A DNA stretch of 63,354 nucleotides, filler included, from Reticulomyxa filosa (taxonomy: Eukaryota; Protista; Foraminifera): the NCBI GenBank assembly GCA_000512085.1. It is 15 parts of 15 records of this genome, joined end to end, with 100 filler letters (N's around TTAATTAATTAA, not from the genome) between each part and the next. Parts side by side here need not be neighbours in the genome. Positions count along the whole stretch, not along the records: positions 1 to 5,960 come from ASPP01011902.1; positions 6,061 to 8,304 come from ASPP01044199.1; positions 8,405 to 24,215 come from ASPP01005009.1; 12 more parts are not named here. One strand, given 5' to 3'. The notes under the pieces are model-generated. The model saw nothing but the letters and a program-made list of their open reading frames with translations. It was not told the DNA's origin and ran no database searches. The position numbers and the translations under genes were made by a program. This document shows positions 1 to 12,045 of this stretch, piece after piece; position 1 is the stretch's first letter; each line of letters opens with the position of its first letter.

Positions 1-1296
1 TTTTTACATGTTTTGCTCTTTACAAATTCGTTTATTTTTTTAAAAAAAATGATTTTTAGTTTTGTAATATGATCTTTAGCATCACAGTAATAACACACGA
101 AATTGTTTGTTAATGTTGTTTGTTAGATAACAAAATTATTGACAATTTTAAATAAAATACAAGATTTGTCATATTTTGGCTTCCACACTAGAGGTATTAT
201 TCTTTTAATTTTTTCAAAAAAAGAATAACAATAGTTTTAGATATAATAACAATATTTTTTTCAGTTTGTGTCTCCATTGTCACATTTTGCTTGTCTTGAC
301 AGATATTGTATGAATTATATAAACATGACAATAATTTCGTAAGAAGACAAAAATTTGAGATCTTTTGGAATGATCACGATTATGTACTTTCAAATCCTTT
401 ATTTTTCAGTTTTTTAATGCTTCGGTAACATTAATTTAAACTGTTGATATATTGTTATTATCCATACTAACTGTCTCTTGAAGATAATAGGAGAATTGAA
501 CAAATTATCGCTGCTTATTTGGTTTTTAGATAGATGGAAAAAATTTGCACAAAAGTATCACTTGATGAAACAGATCAATCTCACAATGTTAAATTTTGAT
601 TAAGTTTCTTGTGATTCAAATGATTAAATTATATTATTGAACACAGAATAATAAAAATGTTACTCAAATTTCTTGAAATATTTAAATTTGGATATTTATT
701 CATATGCATCGGTTATTTCAGAAAGACAGTGAAAAAATCTCGAGTCCAGTTTGTGTAAAGATGGTAGTTGTATTAGTGTGCTCCTCTCAGTTGTTAAATT
801 CGAACAAGAGATAACTGCAACAAAAACTTCGACTATTATTGTGCTTTGAAGACTGTTCAATATCTGAAGAACAAATTTTCAACATATGTAAAACTATATT
901 TCTCAAAGGTAGCGAGACAAACTCACATCAATTCCACATGAATAATTTACTTTTTTTTCAATTGCTTCTAATTTTATTTGTTTCTATGTATATAAAAAAA
1001 ATGAAAAGAAATCAACATTTTCTTTTGTTTTTTTGCTGTTCCACTTGGTGATTGTTATTGTTTCTTAATACAACAGAACTAATACAATGAAAGGAATTTT
1101 GCGAACTTTTTTCATGTACTTTTTGTGATATGTGAAAAATCAATTTCTGACCCAAATTTTGACTGCCACAAACATTTTAAAACGCTTTTCGTCACCTTTG
1201 TCCAACACATTCGATCAATTCATCTTGCTTCCAAAAAAGAAATAAAAGGGTCCCTCTATTGAACCTAACCAATCATTTTAGAAATAATATCTCTTC

Positions 1297-4286
1297 ATGG
1301 CAACGGTTTTGTATGAGTATACAACACCCAGCTTGGGGGGCTGCGTATCTGATAAAAATCTTTACATTTCTTTTCCATACTGGGGTGTTCAATGCATTGA
1401 TGTAAGTTGGCGTTCCCAAAAAAAAAAAGGGGATTTTTCTTGCTCTTTCTCGACTTTTTTTTTTAAGCAACAGCAATAACAATAATGATAATAATAATAA
1501 TAATCAACAAAAAAAAAAATTGAATCCTGGTTGAATAATGTGGAAAACAAAGACGGTGAGTGGCAAAGTGACGAAAAGTTGGACAAAGCCATCAATGACA
1601 GGGCTGTTTACCTCGCCAGTATCAAAAGTGGGAGTGGGAGAAGAGTCATTGGTGTCATCGGTGTTGGAGAAAGGACAAGAAGCCAGTTTGATGATATGGA
1701 ACACAAAGGACGTGAACATAATAAAATCGAAGCACGAAATCGAATTCGAGACGACAAAGACAATAGTAGGCGTGCCTTGGATAGCGAACAGTATCCTCCG
1801 AACATTTGCATGTTCACAGCGAAGCATTCCGTTTGTCATTTTGCTACTGCGCAATGGCGACGTCATTCTGTTTCATTTCGCAAGTCGTGTGTTCATCCAC
1901 TGTTGCAACGTGTGGGCCGAACAGCAGGAGGATCAACGCGAAGACACCCACTTTATCTGGAGCGCGAACTTCCGCGAGTGTGGCCAAGCAGCAGAGGATA
2001 TCACCCACGGCGACGGCGACGGCGACGGCGACGGCGGTGCAAAAGAGACAAGCCCAAAGTCTGTGCATATCTCTCTGTTGTCTATTCTTCTTGTCGTTCC
2101 TCCTCAAGAAAAAACAGATGTCGACAAACAAGAAAAAGTAAAGATAAGGATAAGCATAACAATGGTCCAACAAACATATCCGAGCCAATGGACATTGACG
2201 AAACTAACAAAGATAAAGATAAAGATATTGAAATCAAAGAAAGGGATGACAATGAAAAAAATGATTGAAAATGAGAATGAAAATGATAATAATAATAATA
2301 ATACTAATAATAATGATATAAATGATAATGAAGAAGAAAAAACGTTTCAATCACCTTTGATGAAAGAGATGAAACTTGCAGTTGTCCCGTTGGTGTGGGA
2401 CAAATCAAAGACGGAATTGACCAGTCAGGGGGTCGTGACGGTGGACCTGGGAGCGCAAATCCTCGCAACGATGCACAAAACGCAGGGCGCGGCGGCGGGT
2501 CTTCAGATCATTGACTACGACATGCTGGATGGTACGTCGATCGCCGTGCTGTTGAGTGATGGCGTCTTGTATGGCTATGTCATCGACACAACGGCGTCCA
2601 TAGGACAAGCAGACACAAAGAATTCGAAGCAAAAACAAAAACAAAAAAATCAAGAGCAAAATCAAACCAATCAAAATCAAACCAATCAAAATCAAACCAA
2701 TCAAAATCAAACCAATCAAAAGCAAAAGCAAGAAAAGCACTCACAAAGCAATGTGGTGCTGCACAAACAATGGAGTATCAAATGCAACGACTTGGACTTG
2801 TCGCAATGTCGCACGATGGTGGACGTGGACTTGCAAAAGTTCAACGTCGAGTACACGTGCCACTCCTCGTGTCTGTTGCAACGCACGAGAGTGCATTGGC
2901 TGGAACATACCCAATGCATGGTCATTGGAGTGAGTCGGCGCGAGTATAATCAATTGACACTCTGGTGCTATCCATGTCAAATGAATCTTGCTACTGCACA
3001 CGCCGATAATGCTATGTCTTCTCGTTCGCAGCAAAATCGTCCAAGCATGGCTTGGGAAACGCGAAGTCTTTGTTCCATTAATAATACCTCGTCTTCGTTG
3101 TGGTTGGCACCCATTCTCGTCTCGTCCTACTCACAACAGACCGCTCTTTCCACAGACCCGCGCAAAGTGTTTGACATCTTTGTCGTCACCTCCAACCACG
3201 TTATTGCCACCAGAGTGCCCTCCTTGCAAAATAACATGCTGGACTGGTTTTATTCGATGTCATGTCATCCTCGTCGCGCGCGTCCGGCCAATCGCAAGCG
3301 CCACATTGGAAAGCCTTGCGACAGAACAACTTCCAGCAGTTGGAAAGTTTCGATTGGAGCACCATACGCTCCGAAGACCGCTTTTTCTATTCTTTTGCTC
3401 GAAGCGCGTTGTCCCATCGCAAATGGGTGAGTTTGTTTTATGTAGGTACATTTATATATATGTATATGTATACATATATGTACACATATATATATTAATG
3501 TGCACGTATATATTCAATATAATAGATAATGCTATGCAATGTTTTGGATCATTATAAACAATGGAGTGAAGCTGATATTGTGTATATTTTGTCTTTTTTA
3601 ATGTCCACTCTTTCCGAATCTTCTTCTAATTCTAGATCATTTTTTGCTTTGCTGTTAAGTTGTTGACTGCATACACGATTCATTGAACTGCTTTTTTACC
3701 CTCATTCTCCTTCCTCTTCCTCTCCCTATTTTTCTATTTTGTCATTGTGTTCATGTAGAAAACAACTCAATTTGTGATATCTTGGACAGTGCAACACATG
3801 CAATACATATTGCACAACAGTGACAAAGTATTGAGCATGGAAATGAACGATTTGTTCATGCGAAGAGTACTGCAACTATTGCCGATGGAAAAAGTTCGAA
3901 TGCTGATGCAGTACTTGATTCATTTGTTGAAAATGCACGAATGTCAACAGTACAAACAAAAGGTCAATTTGTCACCCTCTCATGAAATGATTTCGGTGGA
4001 AGCTATCCTCAATTGGCTGACCATTTTGTTGGATGCTCATTTGTATCAACTCTCTTTCGAAAGCGAACCCTGGCTACTGACTGAACAACTCCAATTGATA
4101 CGAAGTCTGCTTGAAAATTACGATAAATATATCGATCAAATCATTATCATTCAGGCCAATCTTCATCACATTTTGTCTATTTCACATATCAATGGTGACA
4201 AATTTCCAGTCGAAAAAAATTCTGTTGCTCAAAAGGAAAAGGTTGACCAAAATCACGACTATTTTGTTGAAGAAATTTTACTTTGA
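1297..4286 (+). CDS. NOL11/Utp8-like nucleolar protein (multi-exon; boundaries approximate)
   Basis: Exon 1 starts at ATG 1297 with a GTAAGT donor near 1402. It is followed by a long exon (ORF 1538-3430, GTGAGT donor near 3427) and a last exon (3774-4286). The C-terminal ILNWLTILLDAHLYQL...DYFVEEILL resembles the NOL11/Utp8 C-terminus (DWICLLLDA...LYSIEVLEL). Confidence 0.55.
2657..2716 (+). repeat. Coding tandem repeat, 4 x 15 bp (CAAAATCAAACCAAT = QNQTN)
   Basis: Four perfect copies read directly from the sequence, inside ORF 1538-3430. Confidence 0.95.
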
Positions 4287-4587
4287 TTTTTGTTTACTTG
4301 TTTTTATTTGTTATTATTTGTTGAGTTATTAATTTTTTTTTTTCGACACTTCTAAATTTCCTTTAATAAGTCCTCCTCAGCTTTCTACCATTCAATTCCA
4401 TTTAATCTTACTCCACTTGGATTTTGACAAAACGACCGGGCAAAAAGCCAGCAGAAAATTTTTTGCAAACTCACAAAAATTTGAAGAAAAAAGATAACGT
4501 GCCGTTTGAGAGAAAGTTCAAAAGGAGAGGGGGGAAGAGGAGCATAACATGCACATAAAAAATAAATAAATAAATAAAATAAATCAC

Positions 4588-5560
4588 ATGCCCAAGCCAG
4601 TCAATGGTCAAAAGACAGTGGGCAAACGTAAATTCTCCATCAAGAAAGCGAAAAAAAAGGTTTCAGCCCAGGATAATGATCTGAAAGAGTTGAACGAGAT
4701 CTTGTCGTTAAAAAAGCCGCGTGCCCGGAAGCGCTCCTCAAAGAAGGGCGAACCAGGAACCGAAGCCGGAGGTGGAAGTGGAAGCAAAGGCAAAACATCA
4801 CTAATAGCAAAAGCGTTAAAAAACACGCGCAATGAAACATCAAAAGTGATCCGAATAAAGAAGAGCAAGAGCGAGGAAGAGGAAGAGAAGAGACAGCAAA
4901 AGCAAGAGATGCAAAAGAAAAAAAAAAGACACGATCAAAAAAAAAAAAGTTTCTGAAGAAGGGACATCACAAAAGCAGACAAAGAATTCGGCAGGGCAAC
5001 AAAAGGGACAAAACAAGAAAGCAACAGCATTAAATGTGGAAGACGAGTTGCGATCTCGCGTGCCTAAATATATTCCTAAACACAAAAAAAAAAAAGAAGA
5101 AGACGAAGACATAGCAAAAGAGCAACTGCGAGCATTGCCCGGAGAATTGCTAATTCCGAGATGCGGATTATGCCATACACCTATGGTAGTCGCCCGTGGT
5201 GACCAATGCTATAATGATGTCAATAGCATCAATTGCGATAACTGTGGCAGGGAAGATATCCACGGCGAGGTGTGGCATTGTCCCAAGGGCTCTTCTGCTG
5301 ACAAAAATGATGCGCATCTTGGATACGATTTGTGCAAAACATGTGGGTACTCGCTGCCTCGTGGCCTTTCTCATGCCATCAAGCGCGTGGGGCCCCCTGA
5401 GGACGACTTGGGCTTGATCTTGACTGATAGACAACGCCATCGCCGCAAAACTCATGATGGCTTCGCTTTGTATAAATGGGATGAAATTAAAAAGGAATTG
5501 AGAATTGGATTGGGGGGAAACACTCCTCTTTGTCCTTTTGACTGCGACTGTTGCTTTTAA
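4588..5560 (+). CDS. DUF1764-family protein with Lys-rich N-terminus and internal ZZ-like zinc finger; frameshift at poly-A near 4940
   Basis: The C-terminal RRKTHDGFALY...GLGGNTPLCPFDCDCCF is the DUF1764 signature. The internal segment is CGLC...CDNC...WHC...HLGYDLCKTC. ORFs 4588-4956 and 5036-5560 join across an A-run. Confidence 0.75.
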
Positions 5561-5960
5561 TCTTTTTTATTGTTTGTTATTACACAGTATTATTATCATT
5601 GTCATTAATTTTCTTTCTTTCTCTCTGCTATCCTCTGTCTTCTCTTCAATACTCAATTTGACATGTTTAGTTGATTAAAAAAAGACGTCTTTTTTACTTT
5701 CTCTTTTTTCTTCACTACTTTTTGTCTTGCTCTCACTATAAATCTATCCAAAAACGGGCATAATACCTTGCAAATCTGATTTTCGTTTCGAACGGCGAAA
5801 GCTAACTTTCGTTACCTTGAACCTTTTTAGATGGAAATTCTGTTTAATCAGTGCTCCTGCATCAATCTTCTTGACTCAGAATGCCTTTGGTAATTGATCT
5901 TTTTTCTGGCTTCATGTTTTTCGCACTTCCTATTTCTCTCACTTCCAACACCTCTTCTTG

Positions 5961-6060
5961 NNNNNNNNNNNNNNNNNNNNNNNNNNNNNNNNNNNNNNNN
6001 NNNNTTAATTAATTAANNNNNNNNNNNNNNNNNNNNNNNNNNNNNNNNNNNNNNNNNNNN
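5961..6060. other. Artificial contig spacer (N44-TTAATTAATTAA-N44). The same spacer is at 8305, 24216, 25921, 27851, 29736, 42037, 47016, 48908, 51465, 54050, 56760, 58349 and 61349 (each 100 bp)
   Basis: The same 100-bp block occurs 14 times. TTAATTAATTAA is palindromic and places stop codons in all six frames. Confidence 0.98.
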
Positions 6061-6246
6061 GATAATACAATTCGTTTTTGGGGTATTCGATCAAATAAGA
6101 ATGAATTGTATATGATCAGTGGAGATAAGGAAGGAGATAGTGGAATATATTGTCTTAAATTTATTTTATCGAAAAAGAAGAAGACTTCATATAGTTGGAA
6201 TTTGTGTTATGGTTCAAGGAAAGGTCCCATTCGTATTTGGGGATAA
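6061..6246 (+). CDS. 3' end of WD40-repeat gene (partial)
   Basis: Translates as DNTIRFWGIRSNKNELYMISGDKEGDSGIYCLKF...NLCYGSRKGPIRIWG*. A related terminus occurs at ~51700-51855. Confidence 0.8.
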   Translation, partial: DNTIRFWGIRSNKNELYMISGDKEGDSGIYCLKFILSKKKKTSYSWNLCYGSRKGPIRIWG

Positions 6247-6377
6247 TTACTTTTTGTTGAACAAAAATGAAAGTGTCTTTGTTTGAAAAGTTTGATTAAA
6301 AAGCATGATAATAAAAATTATATCACATAATGGCGTGATTAAGACTATTTTGAAAGCGGACAATATTTTTACTACTG

Positions 6378-7337
6378 TAGTAGATTTCTAAAAAACTGCC
6401 ATACCTAAATGGCACCTATATGAATAAAAGCAATTTTCTTCATGAAAAATAACACTTAAACCTAATTTTTTAAAAAGTATCTACAAATCTTCTAGTTTTT
6501 TTTAATCCTTTTTTTTGTGTGTTTGTTCAATTTTTTTGTATCGTTGACATTTTTAATTGTTATTTTGAGAAATGCTGGCTCTGTCAACTCAGAAAATATT
6601 CCCTCACGAGCTCGAATTTGTAAATTGTTGTAAACATTAAACTGTAGGTAATTTGAAGAAAGTTGTCTTTTTAGATGAAATAAAGATTAATTTGTGCGAA
6701 AGTGATAGAATTTAATACGTTTGGAAAAAGCCAAACCAAGACTTAGTAGATAAAGGTATGATTAAAAGATCAAAGTCTGGTAGAAGCAGTATCAGATTTG
6801 AGCTGCTTTTATGCAAAAGGCGTTGCAAGATAGATAATATAATAAATCGGAAATTTATAAAGGAGATAACATGTTAAACAGTGTTAATTATTGTGTAGAT
6901 AATGAAGATGACTGCTGATTCCAATAAAACAATACGGCATGCCATAAAGCTAAAAAATTAATAAATTAGTTTTAAAAAAGTGATAAAATCTTAGCAAAAA
7001 TAAAAATTAAAAAATCAATTGTTAAAACTAAATTTTTAAAAAGTTCAATTTATTTTAATTTTTTTCAAAAAATACGAAAGGTACAAGGCCAATTCTTTTC
7101 AAAAAAATTGTATCTACCGTGACTTGAAAATTCCTAAAAAAGAAATAAAAAGATTTAAAGGTTTGTTTTATATGCATTTCTGTAAAATTTTGAAAAAATT
7201 GTGTTTTTGATCAATCTAGAAAAAAGTTATTACAAAACTAATTTCATAATTAAAAAACTACAAGATTTATGGGTTATTTTTCATGAAGAAAATCGATTTT
7301 CTTCATATAGATGCCATTTAGGTATGGCAATCTACTG
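6378..7337 (+). mobile_element. Decayed Tc1/mariner-like DNA transposon with ~60-bp TIRs and transposase relic
   Basis: TGCCATACCTAAATGGCACCTATATGAA...TTTTCTTCATGAAAAATAAC (~6397-6453) is inverted at ~7272-7329. The right end is ...CTACTG followed by TA. The interior (~6630-6810) translates KH*TVGNLKKVVFLDEIKINLCESDRI*YVWKKPNQDL...KSGRSSI, which matches the Tc1 region around the first catalytic Asp (WxKVxFSDESKFNLxGSDGxxYVWR). Confidence 0.85.
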
Positions 7338-8404
7338 TATATAGAAGTCTTTGGAACATTGAAATAATATTTTCTTGCATTGTTTTCCAAAAACAGAGCA
7401 AGGTCAGCTTAAAAATTATTTTGCTTAAGTGCAGAAAGAAAACAGTATATTGCATGAGATTTAACAAAAAAGTTATTGATTGCTCAATATTTTGATAAAC
7501 AAAACTGATAATTGCACTGATTCCAAAAAAAGGCCAATACACTTTTTTTAAAAGAACATAAATACCATTCTTTTTTTTAAACATAACTTTCGTGAAAAAA
7601 TAACTTTTTTTTGGCTGTCGGAAACGAGATAAAGAAGACGAAGAAAAATTTCATGATTCAGTAACTTCGAGTATTTGTTTCCAATTATATGTATACATCA
7701 TTCAATAGATAATATTCAATTTTGAGTATTTTTAACTGTGGTATTAATCCTTTCACATCATTAATGGAATTGAAGCAGCTACCAATTTTTACATTTTTCA
7801 GATTTAAATATATTTATATCAATTTGTGTAAGTAAATCTATACATTCATGTGCATATCTCTTTTGAATTTTTTTTTTGTATGATCAGTTTCTTTTGGGGT
7901 AATTACTTTATCTAAAGTAAGTATATGCATACACAAGTCCCTTTCTAAGCCTCCACGTATATATGTGTATATATTATATCAAACATTAACTATAAATTAT
8001 AAACTGTATTGAAAAGGATGTTCTGATTTGATGCAAGTCCTCTCCAACTTGTATTTGAACACATATATCGATAAACTAATATTGGTCTTGTGCAAAATAT
8101 GAGTATAATACCAAGGATTTTTAATGGCATCTCATGCAGTTTCAAACCTTTTCTCAATCCATTCAAGAAAAAAGTATGTAAATTTAACAATTTGAATGCC
8201 ACAGAAGATACTTAAAAAGGTTTTGTTTAATAGAATATTTCTTTCTGCAATAAAGAGGATATTATTTTGATTTTATTTTCTTTTTTAAAGTAGTTAAGAT
8301 AAGANNNNNNNNNNNNNNNNNNNNNNNNNNNNNNNNNNNNNNNNNNNNTTAATTAATTAANNNNNNNNNNNNNNNNNNNNNNNNNNNNNNNNNNNNNNNN
8401 NNNN

Positions 8405-10446
8405 CCGTCTCCGTGCTCAACAGCATATCTTGCATTCGTTCATTCAATACGTCTCGCAATTCGCCATTGTCAGGAGGATCGATGCCTAGGTAATCGCGTA
8501 GAATTTGAATTTCATTGCAAAATTCGACTTGGTTCCTTTGACCGACATTGATTAATTTCAGTGCCAACTCATACGAGTCTGCCAACAACTTGAAGCTGTT
8601 GGGTTCGATTCGCGTGAGAGACTGCGTTTTTTTTTGTAACTTTCGCACTGCAGTTAGAAATCTACTAGCAAAGCTGGGCTGTGTTGAATACTTTTTGCAC
8701 AATTCTACCAATTTAGAATCACTTTTTGATACAAGCTCGCACTTACTTTTTATACCATGCTCTTTCAATTTTTGGCTAAATTCTTTAAAGCCATTGTTCT
8801 GACACCATTGCTATATAACAACAAAGTGACTCGGAGCTTTATTTTTTTTTCAAAAAAAAAAGTAGTTGCAATGATAGCATTAACCTCAAATTCAATTTTC
8901 TGCTGCTCTAAAACCATCTCTTTAAATCTGCGCAAATACCCTAACTTCATCTCTGCTGCTTTGCCAATTTTATCCAATTCCTCTTCTGTTTTATTCAAGA
9001 ACATCTTTGGATCGGTGTAATTCGCTTTGATCAGCGCATCTTTGAACCGGACGATATTGCAACCTTCACAGAATTTCTTTTATCGAATAGGGAGGAGAAA
9101 AAACACAATGCACGTTTAAAATGTAAACAGTAAAGGGATAAGCATCAAAACATACAAACGCAAACCTGCATTTCATCCACAACGCATGCATCCATTGCAA
9201 AAACAGCTTCTTTAAATTTGTTTTTCCTTCATCGGATAAAGATAGCAGTTTGCAAACCTCATCAAAATCCTTCTGTAAACCTTGCTTGTCAGTTATCCCT
9301 CCATCTTCAATAATTGTTTCGATATATTTTTCAAAGCCTTTTTGTTCCAACCACTCTGCAAGGCTGCTTGCTACCAAGTTAAAATTGTTAGTGCAGAATT
9401 GCTCGCTTTGCAAATTTTTTTTGGTCTTTTGTATTTCGTCTTCTTTTGTCTCCAATTGTTTTGTTGCTTCGATGACAATTTGAAATATAGTCAAAGAATT
9501 CTGCTTTAACAGTATTTCTTCCCAAATCTGTTTTAAATTTCGTTCATCAATTGTACTTACTTTATCTTGAGCGTTTCGTAATAATATGTATCCATCACCA
9601 AGATTAAATTGGCTTATTATAAATCGCTTCATTTCCACAAATTCATTGTGCCAATCGTATTTACTGATTTCAGTAGGTATCAGTGAACTGGAAGGAACCC
9701 AACTCACACGATTACCTTCATATTCGAATATCAGACATATCTTTTATTTCATTTATTCGATAACACACCAAATAACTTTTTTTACCAAGCAAAAAAAAAA
9801 GATGGAAAAGGGCAAACGAAACAACAAGAATTTGAAACGTATGCGAGCTATCATTAATCAACATTTTATCAAAGTGATCCTTCAGTTCATCAGCATTTTC
9901 AAATTTATTATCTCTGCTATCTGCCCTTGACAATAAAATAAATGTTTCATTGTTTTTTAATTTGAGACATTCCGATACTTTGTTCCGTAATTCGCTCCAA
10001 TTTTTTTTCCATACATCTTTAATTATCGCCTCATTTGCAGTAAATTCAAATATCATCTCACTACCATTCATTATTTGTAATTTTTTGTCTTTTATTTTCT
10101 TTTGTGTTTTGGCAACAATATTTTTTACTTATCACTCTTTTTTTTTAATCAAAAAAAGACACTCCATTCTTTTTTTTGACTTCACTTTAATTGCGACATC
10201 CAGACTTTTTAATCCTTTTACACAGTCAGAAAATTTTTGAGGATCCGTAGGTAATACTACTTTACCATCAATTTCTATAACAAAACTTTCATCATACAAG
10301 TACTCTGGAAATACGATTCGGATATTATCACATACGCTGTCCAAATCCTTTTGAGAAGGACTTGAGCATATAGCCCTCAGTTTCTTCGTCATTGTCAGAC
10401 TTTTTTCATCGGGAGTGAAAATCGCTATTACCTTTGAAATTGACAT
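8405..10446 (-). CDS. Multi-exon protein with three N-terminal beta-grasp/PB1-like modules and about three SAM-like domains (3' partial)
   Basis: Collinear minus-strand ORFs: 10132-10455, 9718-10071, 9066-9707, 8765-9004 and 8405-8768. SAM-like segments are LAEWLEQKGFEKYIETIIEDGGITD, FKDALIKANYTDPKMFLNKTEEELDKI...MKLGYLRRF and LKEHGIKSKCELVSKSDSKLVELC...FASRFLTAV. Confidence 0.5.
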
Positions 10447-10870
10447 TATTAACAAAGTAAAACAGGAATTATGGTATCTTCTTCTTGTTTGTTATCGTTG
10501 TATTCGCTCAGAGGACAATATTTTGTAGTACCCCTTTGTCTAGTCATTAATACTGTAAAATAGATTTTGCACATTGGCAAAATTGATTACGATTTGGCTC
10601 TAAATTGGAAACAAAGCAAAAAGTAAAATTTGAAGAAAATTTGTTTTCAATTATTTTTACATGAATTTTTCAAATATCAGACTCTAAAAGTTGGCATAAA
10701 ACAAATCAAATAAAAACAAATGAAAATAAAACAAAGAATAAACATTTTTGGAGCCCAGGTTTGATTTTGTTTGAGGAATCTTTGTTTGAGATGCAGCTAA
10801 AAAAAAAGTGAAGAAAAAAGAAAATTGATGCACTTGTTAATAAAAGATGATTGATGTTGGAACAAAAAAA

Positions 10871-11904
10871 CTACATTACGTTCTGGCTATTTTGTGTTTG
10901 TTCCTTCAATTTACTTTGTCTCAAGCATTCTTGCATTCGTTTTTCAGTTTCTTCTACACATTCATTATCACCTTGCCTGTTTGCAATTATTCTGGCTTTA
11001 TCATACCATTGAAAAGCCTTTTCCCAATTTTGTAATTGCATATGAAACAGCTCAGCAATATTCAGGGCTACATCAACGTCTCGAGGATTTAATCGATAGG
11101 CTTTTTCGTACATAGCCAAAGACAATTGATATTCGCACATGATATCTTGTAAGAAAACTCCATAATTGCAATAAAAGCGTGATATTTGATCTTTGGATTC
11201 TTCCCCAGCGTCATTCATTTCATTGTATCTTCGCAATAAATCTTCGAAATGTGCTTCACATTGATATTTTCTGGATTCATATAACATATCCAAAGGCGGC
11301 AATTGTCCGCCGTTGTTGTCTTTCGTTTTTGATTTTTTGCTAATTTTTAAAATTTCCAATAAATGAAGACAAATGTCATATAACGTGTCTGTAATTTTTT
11401 TTTTAATTCGTAATTGTTATGCGGTGATTGAAGAGCAGAACGAGATGCTTCCAATATTCGCAATGTTTCAATTCCACATTCGTATGTTAGTTCATGGTAT
11501 TTTAATTTTTGATCTGTGATAGAACTGTTCTCCTCGTTCTCTTTGTCCTTTTCTCTATCCTTGTTAATGGAAGTAGTAGTACTTGTAGTATTGTTGTCGT
11601 TTTGTCTTTCTTTCTTGTTGTTGCTGTCGGTATTATTATCTTCGTTTGTTTCTGTCTCTTCGTCAGAATCATTGTCAACAACAGTCAATTTCCATTCAAA
11701 AATGGCCTGAGCCATTAGCATTTCGTACTTTTGTCTTGACTTATTTTTGTAATTAAACAGCAGTTCGAACCATTGATTATCCGAGCATTTCAGTTCGTAA
11801 TACACTTTTAATGAATTGTGCGCTGTTTTTATGTCAAATGTGTCTCCACATTCCATCATTTTTTCCATTTTTGTTATTAGTTCTTGTGCTTTTTGCTTCA
11901 TCAT
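10871..11904 (-). CDS. TPR-repeat protein (two exons)
   Basis: ORFs 11347-11904 and 10871-11359 are joined by a short GT..AG intron (~11341-11385). TPR motifs: YCNYGVFLQDIMCEYQLSLAMYEKAYRLNP and ALNIAELFHMQLQNWEKAFQWYDKA. Confidence 0.7.
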
Positions 11905-12045
11905 TGCTTTTTGTTTGTTTTTTTTTTTACTTTATCGTTTGTTATCATTCTCTCAAAAAACAAAACAAACGCAAACAACCTTTGCTTTCTTGATGTCTCA
12001 TTCCAGAATAACGACCTCCAGTGATTGGCAGACGAGGAAGGAGTC

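Noticed and set aside
200-1050. Possible Kelch pseudogene relic
   Set aside because: Only a faint resemblance with no clear GG motif. Too degraded to call.
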